From the NCBI GenBank assembly GCA_964016885.1, contig OZ024742.1, forward strand, positions 32,674,001 to 32,738,000: a DNA stretch of 64,000 bases, read 5' to 3'. Below the pieces are notes generated by a model. The model searched no databases, was not told the DNA's origin, and saw only the letters and a program-made list of their open reading frames with translations. The translations under genes were made by a program, and so were the position numbers. Of the stretch, positions 42,701 to 54,220 are shown one piece after another; within the stretch, counting starts at the first letter, position 1; the number at the start of each line of letters is the position of its first letter. The stretch is from Eledone cirrhosa (Eukaryota).

Positions 42701-43197
42701 CACCCCACCCCCTCCTATGTAAAGTTATGTTGGTGCCACACCATGCAGGCCGAAACAAATGAGATCGTGTAGGTGTCACGACAAAAAAACACACAGTCCA
42801 TGCTGTAATGTGGCCGTGTAGGCAACACGGTAAAAACCTCCCAGACCCACACTGTAAATGTGGTTGGTGTTAGGAAGGGCATCCAACTGTAGAAAACCTG
42901 CCAGACAGTCCTATGCGAGCAAGACAATCACTCTTGCCTCAAGTGGGACTACCCCCGTCCAAACCCATGCAAGCGTGGAACACGGACGTTAAACGTTTAT
43001 GATGATGATGATTACTCTATATTTGCTATTATATTTTCACGGTAAAGGCTTTACCTCATGCAATTATATCACATAATATGGAATCTATGAGATTTTGTAT
43101 TATTTATTTTGAGAACAATATCTTAACATCAGTATGAGCAGCCAGTTTGAACAGAAAGAGGTGAGAGAATTCTGGCTGCTAAATGCTAAAGGGTTAA
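39789..43197. mobile_element. TTAA-flanked (piggyBac-type) MITE family 1, split by an RTE insertion
   Basis: Left end TTAACCCTTTACCATTTAC at 39789; remainder at 43011-43197 ending TAAATGCTAAAGGGTTAA. Confidence 0.75.
39808..43010 (+). mobile_element. 5'-truncated RTE LINE family A (3.2 kb, disrupted ORF), sense in the UCH intron
   Basis: ORF pieces 39961-40383, 40506-41750 and 41844-42623 are colinear with the 9934-13715 copy; (GAT)n tail. Confidence 0.93.
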
Positions 43198-43380
43198 TGT
43201 AGTTCTCAGGGAGATTCTGCATGAAAGTGTGTGTGACTAGGCTGGGTCTTTGTATTACAGGTACAACTCATTTTTGCCAGCTCAATGGACTGGAGCAACA
43301 TGAATTAAAGACCACATTGCCAGGAATCAAACTCACAACCTTATATTTCAAATCTGTTGTAATCTCTCTATAATTTGCAG

Positions 43381-43516
43381 GCAATTGACAATCCAATTGG
43401 TAAAGTAGAAGAAGGCTCTGATTTATATTTTATCCGTCAAACAATCGGTAATGCTTGTGGCACCATTGCCTTGGTGCATGCATTAGCTAATAATGCAAAC
43501 AAGATACAGTTCAAAA
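43381..43516 (+). CDS. UCHL3: UCH exon with oxyanion Gln and catalytic Cys
   Basis: [52 protein letters not shown]; phase 0/1. Confidence 0.93.
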
Positions 43517-43829
43517 GTAAGCAAATTATTTTAATATTTTTTATGTGTTTTTAAAATTTTATTTGCAATTACACCAGGAAAGAAACATTTTAGGCATCCC
43601 AAACCATACAAAAATTTACTTTACATTTATCATTTATTTCTTATTTTGTTGTACTTTGTGTTCTGATCACTGACACTTCCATTGCAGCAGTTATATTACT
43701 AAAACCTTTCAAATACTTGACAATTTACAAATGATTTGAAAATCAGAGAGTGTCTTTCATTAGAAATATGGTAATGGAAAGGTTAAAGTTTTATTTATCT
43801 AAAATCCTTCCATTATAAATTTATATATT

Positions 43830-44017
43830 AGGCGGTGGATTGGCAGTATCGGTAGAGGGTCGGACGCCATGCTTTCCAGCATAGTTACGTCCCTTTACGA
43901 TCTGAGTTCAAATCCCGCCGAGGTTAACTTTGCCTTTCATCCTCACGGGGTCGATAAAATAAAGTACCAGTAATGCACTGGGTAATTGCTGGCCTTGTGC
44001 CTAAAGTAGAAACAATT
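43830..44017 (+). mobile_element. SINE family 2, full length with TSD
   Basis: GGCGGTGGATTGGC head, GAGTTCAAATCCC B box, TSD ATTATAAATTTATATA. Confidence 0.88.
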
Positions 44018-44056
44018 ATAAATTTATATAAAAATACTTATGTTCCAGATACCAGT

Positions 44057-44272
44057 TTAACTCTAGCATTTACATTACTTTATATATTCTACTGTATTTT
44101 CTCAGTAAAGACTTTATCTTATATAATAACTCACATAATATTGAATCTATGAGATTTTGGTATTATTTATTTTGACAACAATATCTTAACCTAAGTATGA
44201 GTGGCTAGTTACAGCCAGTTTGAACAGAAAGAAGTGAGGGAATTCTGGCTGGTTTAAATGCTAAAGGGTTAA
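44057..44272. mobile_element. TTAA-flanked MITE family 1 (uninterrupted copy)
   Basis: TTAACTCTAGCATTTA...TAAATGCTAAAGGGTTAA. Other copies at ~27145, 50596, 56822 and ~62985-63190. Confidence 0.75.
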
Positions 44273-44392
44273 TAAAAAAGTTGGTTATTTTACTAAATCC
44301 CGCCAAATTCTTAATTTCAAAATGGCTTGCAAATCATAGGCAATGTTTTCCATTGGAGATGTGGTAAAGAAACAGTTAAGTTGAAAGTATAT

Positions 44393-44608
44393 TTAACCCT
44401 TTTGATATCAACCCGACCAAAACTGGTTCTGGTTCTATGAAACAAAACCAACCATTTTAAAGGGTTCCTATTTAAATAAAAATATTCTATCATACATTTA
44501 CACAAGAACCATATATTAAATTATTTAGTAAGGAAATAACTGATACTTTTAGTAAACACTTCAAAATACTTCATTATTTCCTTAGAAATACAGTTATGAT
44601 AGGGTTAA
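44393..44608. mobile_element. TTAA-flanked MITE family 2
   Basis: TTAACCCTTTTGAT...ATAGGGTTAA. Related copies at ~47868-48213 and 60894-61121. Confidence 0.55.
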
Positions 44609-44766
44609 ATGAAAAAAATTTAAATGAAAAATGATAGGGGCTACTGAATACTGCCATTCTTCCTGACTTATGGACTGGAAATCGATTAAATATATTGTCA
44701 ACCATACACAATTAGGTATAAAATTAAAGTTAAAAGAAAAAATGCATATACACATACCAGGATTAC

Positions 44767-44848
44767 GTTTCTACCCCTTAGGGTTTCGTTCGCTTTCGGA
44801 AATATCCTATCAAGGATAAATTCTCGAGCTTCGGACTCATCAGGTAAC
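44767..44848 (-). ncRNA. Degenerate type I hammerhead in a solo pLTR-like relic (~44700-45030)
   Basis: Minus strand reads GTTAC-CTGATGA-GTCCG...CGAAC-GAAA-CCC-taag-GGG-TA-GAAAC. Confidence 0.6.
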
Positions 44849-45221
44849 AAACTCACTTGGACAAAGATTTTTCTTAAATGATTCCCGCCAGAAACGAATT
44901 CAAAATGGCTAAGAACTGTGACGTGGCAGTGGTCAAGTTAGAATGTGATTGGTGCCTTACGGTTAGTAGGCTGGTTGCTAGAAAGCGCAGCCTAATATTG
45001 CTCAAATTGCATCTCAACCTTATGGGAGATTATATATATATATATCAACAGTTGATTGACTTTTGTCAAATCGGACCAAGGAAACAATGTTTCCATTGGT
45101 CTTTCCAATTGCTGATACTATTTATCAGTCGCAACTCCAGGTGGAAGGAGCAATGTGAAATAAAGTGCCTTGCTCAAGGACATAACGCATCACCCGGTCT
45201 AGGAATTGAACTCACAACTTC

Positions 45222-45278
<57 letters not shown>

Positions 45279-45330
45279 AAATAAAATAAAACAAGGACGA
45301 TTGGTTACTCCTTCATTACATTTATTGGTT

Positions 45331-45415
45331 GGTGATGCGCGTTTCGCCACTGATCAGCTCAAGGTTCGATCTGTATCGATCTAGCCTGACTCTGTAATCT
45401 GTGGCTCGTCGGACC
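45331..45415 (-). ncRNA. Degenerate type I hammerhead
   Basis: Minus strand reads GGT-CCGACGA-GCCAC...GTGGC-GAAA-CGCGCA-TC-ACC, followed by AATAAA. Confidence 0.5.
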
Positions 45416-45480
45416 CCTTACAATTGTAATGGAAAAATGATCGTTTTTTCCATTACCATATACATTATATATATATATAT

Positions 45481-46121
45481 AAACGAACTAAGGAAAAAAT
45501 TAGAGATAAGAGGGATCAGATGTTGTTTACTCGAGAGAAGGCTGCGTTGGTATGGACACGTGATGCGCATGAAAGTCGATAGCTGTATTACAAAGTGCAG
45601 GGCAATAAAGATAGACGGTAGCCACGGAATAGGCAGACCTAGAAAAACATGGGATGAGCTGATAAACTCCGACCTCACACACTTACACCTCTCCAAGACA
45701 ATGTCACTGGACCGTGACCTTTGGCGGTACTCAGTAACAGAGAAGACCCGCCTTGCCAGTAGGCATATCTAACAAAATACACCCCTCCCGCCGCCACCCC
45801 CACCCCATCCACACCACCCCGTTCTATGTAAAGTTATGTTGGTGCCGCGCCATCCAGGCCGAAACAAATGAGATCGTGTAGGTGTCACGACAAAAAAACA
45901 CACAGTCCACGCTGTAATGTGGCCGTGTAGGCAACACAGTAAAAACCTCCCAGACCCACACTGTAAATGTGGTTGGTGTTAGGAAGGGCATCCAACTGTA
46001 GAAAACCTGCCAGACAGTCCTATGCGAGCAAGACAATCACTCTTGCCTCAAGTGGGACTACCCCCGTCCAAACCCATGCAAGCGTGGAACACGGACGTTA
46101 AACGTTGATGATGATGATGAT
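45481..46121 (+). mobile_element. 5'-truncated RTE LINE family A
   Basis: Encodes NELRKKLEIRG...RRLRWYGHV, followed by 3' UTR and (GAT)n. Confidence 0.9.
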
Positions 46122-46144
46122 ATATGTGTGTTGTTTATTTACAG

Positions 46145-46227
46145 ATGATGGTTACATGACCAAATTTATAGCTGAGACAAAATCAATGACTCCTGAGGAA
46201 AAAGCCTCGTATCTTGAATACAATCGG
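46145..46227 (+). CDS. UCHL3: UCH exon
   Basis: AG, (N)DGYMTKFIAETKSMTPEEKASYLEYNR, GT; phase 1/0. Confidence 0.9.
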
Positions 46228-47807
46228 GTAATGTTAAACTTTAAAACCTAATTTTCCAGAGAGAAAGGCATGCATGTTAGTAGTTATTGTTGTTGTACTC
46301 TATGTTAGTTCTGAATGACCAGATTTAAGATCAAAGGCTGTGGCCATCCCATATTTTTCTTTAGCACAGGTATGGCTGTTGGGGTTGAGTAGTTCACTTT
46401 GCAACTAAGTTTCTGCATCAGTTTCACTGTATGCCACCATAAGCCCTATACTATATCTTTCAATTGACCAATGCCTTGTGAATGAAATCCTCTAGACAGA
46501 AAGCCTATATGTGTATGTCTGTGTTTATGCTTGTGTCAGTGTTTATGTCCTGTAAATTAGCAGTTTGACAAAAAGAGATTGATAAAATAAGTAGCAAAAT
46601 TGAAAAAAATTCTGCAATCGAGATGCCCCAACATGGCCAGTGTCTAATGACAAAAACCAGTAAAAGAATAAAAGGAGCATCATGCACACATTAGCCATTG
46701 TTGTTCTTTTCTAAAGCTATTTTAGAGCTCCATTGTTCTGATGCTGAATGCTCCAGTTGATTCAATCAACTGAACTTGTGAAGTTAACATGTAAGTGGCT
46801 GAGCATTCCACAGACATGTACACCATTAACATTAATCTCAAGGAGATTCAGTTTCATGCAATGTTTAGCAAGGCTAGTCCCTTAAACTACTGGTACAACT
46901 TATTTTTGCTAGTTGAGTGGACTTGAGCAACCTGAAATAAAGAGTCTTGCTCAAGGATACAAAGCATAGCCCGGTTCAGGAATCAAACTCATGACCTTAT
47001 GATCATGAGCTGAACACTTATTAAGCCAGGTCATATAGACTGTTTTGTGGTATTCCAGCTTTCTGTGCTCTGCATTCAAATCTATTAAAGTCAACTTTGC
47101 ATCCTTCCAAGGTTGATAAAAAAAACCTGTCTGTCTAGTACTGCGGTTGATTCTTCCTCAATATCTTTAAAACTGTTGTTTGAAGGAGGTTGTACTTCTA
47201 TTTCCAGCAGATCAAGTGATCATGTTATAGCCCCCTACAAAACTGGCTGTGGTTTTATGAGACAAAACAACCCATATTAAAGAGTTGTTACCTTAGTAAT
47301 GTAATAACTAATAATTTTAGTAAACTCCTCCAAATTTTTCATTAATTAATTGAAATACTGTGTATGCCATTAGAAATATGGAAATAAAAGGGTTAAAAAT
47401 AAAGGTATAATAAAAAAAGAATTAATTGGGAGGTGCTTTAAAAGAACCTATATGCAAACAAATCAGTGCCTTGATAATGTTTTAACATTTTTTAAAAAAT
47501 GAAACAAATCTATGATGTTTGAAAAAAATGTGATGGAACTTACATCTCTCACCTATGCAGGTTTAGCTGACCTTCTATGAAGTTGCATCTCATAGGAGGT
47601 TTCTTTGGTGTTTTAATGATAAGGGCCCCAGTTCTAGCATAACAAGCAATGTAATATGAAGTGTATTTCTCAAAAACACATGCTACCCTGTTCAGGACTG
47701 GAACCTACAACCACTAGGTCATGTGCCTTCACCTTCCCTAACCACTAAGCTGCACACCTCCTTACATGATGTTTGTTCTAAATTATGTTAACTTATTTTT
47801 CTCTCAG

Positions 47808-47855
47808 GAAATGGGCGTGGTCCATGAAGATTGTGCTCAGGAAGGACAAACTCAG
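47808..47855 (+). CDS. UCHL3: UCH exon (crossover-loop region)
   Basis: AG, EMGVVHEDCAQEGQTQ, GT; phase 0/0. Confidence 0.9.
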
Positions 47856-48844
47856 GTATGGAGTACTTTAAACCTTTTGATAATAAACAGCCTGACCTTC
47901 CTCTTGGTTCTATAATAGAAAACTGTTTGTTTTAGAGTGTTTATATTTATATTAAAACCTTCCATCATAATTTTATGTAAGACTTTTTTTTATTAATTCA
48001 ATGTTCCAAACACCCTTTTGATACTCCCCCCCCCCCCCCCCCCCCCCGTTCTATGATACAAGACTTTTTAAATGTTCATATTTATCTAAAAACGTTTCAT
48101 CATAATTTTGTGTCTGAACATTTATTGTGTTCTAAATTACTGATTATTTTCAAAATGATTTGAAAATTATAGGCAGTATCTTCCATTACAAATATAGTAG
48201 TGAAATAGGTTAAATAGTGAAAAAGTTATTTTACTAAGTTTTCCAAATTCTTGATTAAAGTGTTTGTTGTAATCATTGACTGTAAAGCTGTTGAATGCTT
48301 TGATAGGTTGCATAGTTGTTCTTTTAGTCTAAGTCAGCCATGGCCAAACCTAGCTACAATCAAATATATTCCAGCCATGACCATCCTATTATTTTTCAGA
48401 TCTATTTATATTAATGCGTCTTAAGACAATAGGATGAGATTTGAGGGAGATTTGAGTCAAACAAAATACTTTGCAGCATTTTTTCCAAGTTTTTACAATT
48501 TGAGTTCAAATCCCACCAAAGTCAACTTTGCTGGTCATTCTTCTGGGTTTGATAAAATAAAGTACCAATTAAGTACTGGGGTCAATATAATTGACTTTTC
48601 CTTTTCCCCAAATTATTTAAAAGCGTCGGACAACCTGCTTTGCAACATAGTTGCAGCCCTTTACTGTCTGAGTTCAAATCCAGTCGAGATTAGCTTTGCC
48701 TTTTGTCCTTACGAGGTTGATAAAATAAAGCACCAGTAATGCACTGGGTTCGATTTAATCGACTTTCTCATCCCCTAAAATTATTGGCCTTGTGCCTAAA
48801 TCAGAAAAAATTATTATTATTACTGTTATTATTTCCTTTTTCAG

Positions 48845-48920
48845 GCCCCTCCACGAGACCAAGCAGTTGTTCGTCATTTCATTACATTGATTTCACACAA
48901 TAACAAGCTTTATGAACTTG
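48845..48920 (+). CDS. UCHL3: UCH exon with catalytic His
   Basis: AG, APPRDQAVVRHFITLISHNNKLYEL, GT; phase 0/1. Confidence 0.92.
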
Positions 48921-49372
48921 GTTAGTATAGATTTCCATATATCTATAGTAATAGAGCTTTTGCCATAATAAAATGTACCCAGTACACTCTGTAGAATTGT
49001 AGTGCTGGTGCCATAATAAAAAAAAAACACCCAGTATACACTGTAAGGTGGTTGGCATCCATCTGTAGGAACCATGCCAAAATGGAAAGTATAAACAAAA
49101 CATGGTTATCTAACCTGTCTAGCCTCGGAACATGACAACATATCTTATCTATGGGAAAATAGATGTAAAGCAGTGATTAAGAATGTTAATTCCGCAAAAT
49201 CCCTACACATTTCGATGACCCAGCTCCATCAAAATACGTAAAGTGATTTCGTGGAATTAAAATTCTAAAGTAAACTTTCCAGTCCGGCCTTCTGTTGTTT
49301 TAATGAATACTTTACTCTGTTCCTGCACCAACCATTGGATACCAATCATGTGAAACGATGATGATGATATAT

Positions 49373-49835
49373 CATCATCATCATTGCGTCCACTTTTTCT
49401 TGCTTGCAAAGGTTGGATGGGTCCTATTCAGCACAGCACCTCTCCACTTGTCATGGTCCTTCGTCATCCCCTCGGTGAGTTTCAGCGACCTGAGATCTGC
49501 TCTCACCACCTCCGCCCATGTTTTTTGTGGTCTATCTCTACTGCGTTTTCCTTCTACTGGGATTTCTTGGCACTTCTTTACCCAGTGGTCATCCTCCATG
49601 TGCATCACATGTCCATACCATCTCAGCCTTCTCTCCTGCACACCACAACTTATCCCTCTTATACCCAGTTTCTTTCTCAACTCGTTTATGGTTGGTCGTT
49701 CACGCACATTGGCATTGCACATCCAATGGACCATACTTGCTTCATTTCTCTCCAGCCGTCGCATATCTTCTGCAGTTGCTGCCCATGTCTCACTACCTTG
49801 CAGCATTGCGCATCTCACACAGGCATCATATAACC
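49373..49835 (-). mobile_element. 5'-truncated RTE LINE family E; ORF runs to the (GAT)n tail
   Basis: ORF 49381-49818 reads GSETW...RRLRWYGHV...RTHPTFASKKKWTQ*. Confidence 0.85.
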
Positions 49836-50163
49836 ATCCTAAAAATTATTTTATACACACACTCACACACACTATGGGCTTGTGCTGTTATCATCTACCA
49901 AATTATTCTTACAAAGCATTGGTTAACCTAAGGATATAGTAGAAGTCACTTGCCCAAGGTGCCATGTAACAGTTTGAACCTCAAACCACATTGTTGTAAA
50001 GCAAACAACTTAACTACTCAGTCATCCTTACACTGTTATTTTTACAAACTAGTTCATTTCGATCTAACTGAACTTGTTATCAGCCATCAGACTGAAACAG
50101 GGTGTATATAAAAATGTGTGTATATAAATGCGTATATACAATATTGCTCTTCTTTCTTTGTAG

Positions 50164-50222
50164 ATGGTAGGAAAGAGGGACCAGTTTGCCATGGAGAAAT
50201 CAATAAGGAGTCATTTTTAGAG
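50164..50222 (+). CDS. UCHL3: UCH exon completing the catalytic Asp (ELDG)
   Basis: AG, (D)GRKEGPVCHGEINKESFLE, GT; phase 1/0. Confidence 0.92.
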
Positions 50223-50540
50223 GTAAATCTCTTTTGTTATATATATTTTAAAGATTTGATTTTAAACTTTGATCTTAAATTACCCTTATTTCTACAACTT
50301 AAGATTTAAACAAAAAATTCCATAATTCTACATAAGAACTTTTGTTATGTTCCAATATTGAGAAAGTTAGTTATATTACTGAATCATAGGATTGTTAGTT
50401 CATCAAAGTTCTTTCATCACACATTCTGTGACATTCTCAAAGACTATTTGTTTTATTCTGTGCCTCTTTTTCTTTCTGCTCCTATTTTGTTTACTCCATC
50501 TTATAATTATCTCTCCTTTAAAATATGGTAACAAAAGAGT

Positions 50541-51147
50541 TACAGTGGTTATACTTATCTAAAAACCTGCCATCATAAATACAAATTTAACTTGTTTAAC
50601 CCATTACAATTTACTCTATACATACGATTATATTTTCATGGTAAAGACTTTATTTCATGGTTAAAATGTCCAGCGATTCTCTCTTAGGAGAGAATCGCTG
50701 GACAGTTGATATCTATTTTGAAGACAATACCTTATTGTAGGTATGAGTGGCCAATTGTAGCCAGTTTGCACTGAAAGAGGTGAGAGAATTCTGGCCGGAT
50801 ACAGCCGGTTTAAATGCTAAAGGGTTAAATATTTGGAAGCCAGACAATGTGTGTGAGATTATAAGTGCCAAGGTAATAGGAATTAGAGGAAATAGGATAA
50901 AAGGACTGAGAAAAGAGTGAGACTAGTAGAATTTTACTTTAGCAATTTTATTTTGTCTATGGCATCAATAAAATTGCTAAAGTAAAATTCTAGTTCTCAC
51001 TCTTTTCTCAGTCTTTTTATCCTATTTCCTCTAATTCTGATTACCTTGGCACTTATAATCTCACACACATTGTCTGGCTTCCAAATATTTAAACAAGTTA
51101 AATTTGTATTTATGATGGAAGGTTTTTAGATAAGTATAACCACTGTA
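50541..51147. repeat. Long inverted repeat (~180-bp arms, 14-nt loop) with a MITE in the left arm
   Basis: 50541-50952, minus the MITE at 50596-50828, is the reverse complement of 50967-51147. Confidence 0.9.
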
Positions 51148-51509
51148 GGCACCTCTTAATCAAATATACACCCCAACCCACTACCCCTACTTCATCCTCC
51201 CACCACCCTTTCTCTGTAAAGTTATGTTGGTACCACAACATCCAGTTCAAACTAATGAGGTTGTGTAGGTGTCACGACAAAAAAACACAGTCCACACTGT
51301 AATGTGGCCTTGTAGGTAACCCGATAAAAAGCTCCCAGCCCACACTGTAAATGTGGTTGGTGTTAGGAAGGGCATCCAGCCGTAGAAAACCTGTCAGGCA
51401 GTCCTATACGAGCGAGACACGGTCACCCAACCAATCTTGCCTCAGGTGGGACAATTCCCGTCTAACCCATGCTAGTGTGGAAGATAGACGTTAAACGATG
51501 ATGATGATG
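51148..51509 (+). mobile_element. RTE family A-like 3' UTR fragment
   Basis: Homologous to 42650-43010; (GAT)n tail. Confidence 0.8.
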
Positions 51510-52469
51510 CATTGTCTGGCTTCCAAATATTTAAACAAGTTAAATTTGTATTTCTTATTCCACAATGCTTCAAGCAAACTACAAAACTTTGTTATCCTCC
51601 CATCATAATTTTATGGAAGAGTCTTTGTTTCAAACAGCATCTTAATGAGAAAGTAAGTTATATTACTAAATCCCTCCAACTTCTTGATTATTCTTTCAAA
51701 ATAATTTGAAAGTAAAAGGCAATGTATTTCATTAGAAATATGATAGCAAAAGGGTTGGTCCTTTTTACTTGTCTTTAATTTATTGATGATAATAAATCAA
51801 GGGTAAGCAATAAGGTAAAGTGGGTGTTATAGACTAGAAGATAACCCACCCCTTCCATATATCTATTTCTTTTTCTATTTTTCTTTTCCTTTATTTCCTT
51901 CTCTTTAATCCTCCCCTTTCACCAAGATTGGTTAGTTGCCCCCCCCCCCCCTCTCTTTCTCTCAATCACTGACTAATTGACTAATCTTCCCTCCATTGTG
52001 ATTGATCAAGTGACTTGACCTCTCCTTCCTTAATCACAATTCTTCTCTCTCCATCCCCAAGAAAAGGAGACAGTCATCAGATAGGACCAATGTCTCCATT
52101 GGTCATTCCATCTTACTATCCACCAATCCCAATTTTGGCCATAGGAGGCAGGATTTCACCACAGAATACACAATATCAGATCAAATACTGCAAACCATTC
52201 TAGCCAACTCTTTAATCACTCCACCAACCATCACGCCAGTTCTGGATTGATACTTTATTTTATTGACCTTGAAAGGATAAGAGGCAAAGTTGCCCTCGAT
52301 GAGATTAGATTTCAGCATGATGATGGATGAAATACTGTCATTTAATCCAACATTCTAATGCTGCTTTCATTCAATAATCCCTTTCCCCCTCTCTAATTTC
52401 TCATATAATCCCTTCTCCTCTTTTAGTCACCTTCTTTAATTAAGCATACAAATCCACCCTTTGTCATGT

Positions 52470-53880
52470 AATCCCCCTCCCCCTCTCTACCTAGTCACAT
52501 AATCCCCCTCCCCCTCTCTACCTAGTCACATAATCCCCCTCCCCCTCCCTACCTAGTCACATAATCCCTCTCCCCCTCTGTACCTAGTCACATAATCCCT
52601 CCACCTCTCTAATTAGTCACACAATCCCTCCACCTCTCTAATTAGTCACACAATCCCACCACCTCTCTAATTAGTCACATAATCCCTCCACCTCTCTAAT
52701 TAGTCACACAATCCCTCCACCTCTCTAATTAGTCACATAATCCCTCCACCTCTCTAATTAGTCACACAATCCCTCCACCTCTCTAATTAGTCACACAATC
52801 CCTCCACCTCTCTAATTAGTCACACAATCCCTCCACCTCTCTAATTAGTCACATAATCCCTCCACCTCTCTAATTAGTCACACAATCCCACCACCTCTCT
52901 AATTAGTCACATAATCCCACCACCTCTCTAATTAGTCACACAATCCCTCCACCTCTCTAATTAGTCACATAATCCCACCACCTCTCTAATTAGTCACACA
53001 ATCCCTCCACCTCTCTAATTAGTCACATAATCCCTCCACCTCTCTAATTAGTCACACAATCCCACCACCTCTCTAATTAGTCACATAATCCCACCACCTC
53101 TCTAATTAGTCACACAATCCCTCCACCTCTCTAATTAGTCACATAATCCCTCCACCTCTCTAATTAGTCACACAATCCCTCCACCTCTCTAATTAGTCAC
53201 ATAATCCCACCACCTCTCTAATTAGTCACATAATCCCACCACCTCTCTAATTAGTCACATAATCCCTCCACCTCTCTAATTAGTCACATAATCCCACCAC
53301 CTCTCTAATTAGTCACATAATCCCACCACCTCTCTAATTAGTCACACAATCCCACCACCTCTCTAATTAGTCACACAATCCCTCCACCTCTCTAATTAGT
53401 CACATAATCCCACCACCTCTCTAATTAGTCACACAATCCCACCACCTCTCTAATTAGTCACACAATCCCTCCACCTCTCTAATTAGTCACATAATCCCTC
53501 CACCTCTCTAATTAGTCACACAATCCCACCACCTCTCTAATTAGTCACATAATCCCACCACCTCTCTAATTAGTTACACAATCCCCCCACCTCTCTAATT
53601 AGTCACACAATCCCTCCACCTCTCTAATTAGTCACACAATCCCTCCACCTCTCTAATTAGTCACATAATCCCACCACCTCTCTAATTAGTCACATAATCC
53701 CTCTTCCGCTCTCTGATTAGTCACATAATTCCTGTCCCCCCTTCTCTAATTAGTTATGTAATCTCCCTTTAACCTCCCTAATTAGTTACACAATCCTTCC
53801 CCCTCTTTAATTTAATCCCTCACCTCTCTCCTCTAATTAATCACATAAACCTTCTTCTCCTCTCTAATTAGTCATGTATA
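52470..53880. repeat. 29-bp minisatellite (C/T)AATCCC(T/A)CCACCTCTCTAATTAGTCACA, ~38 homogeneous copies plus degenerate edges
   Basis: Period of 29 read directly (52622, 52651...); homogeneous core ~52590-53700. Confidence 0.95.
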
Positions 53881-53938
53881 ACCCTCCCTCCTCATCATCC
53901 ATCTCTAATTAAGTAAGTCTCTGTTGTTGCTATTTCAG

Positions 53939-54022
53939 TCTGCTGCAGCTATGGTGAAGAAGTTTATGGCGAGGGACCCCGAAGAGATGGACTTCAGCGT
54001 AATGGCCCTTGCTGAGGATTGA
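53939..54022 (+). CDS. UCHL3: UCH terminal coding exon
   Basis: AG, SAAAMVKKFMARDPEEMDFSVMALAED, TGA. The seven exons total 612 nt (203 aa + stop) in one frame. Confidence 0.93.
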   Translation, partial: SAAAMVKKFMARDPEEMDFSVMALAED

Positions 54023-54144
54023 ACTTCTCAACCTCTCAATACAGCTCAGTAACAGAACAATCCTCCTTTTTATTTATTTAGGTTTTTTTTGGCAGTCTCT
54101 ATATATATGTCTATATATATATATATATATAGATAGATATACAT

Positions 54145-54220
<76 letters not shown>

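Noticed and set aside
52470-53880. Possible CRISPR array
   Set aside because: Head-to-tail repeats without unique spacers, no cas genes, eukaryotic context.
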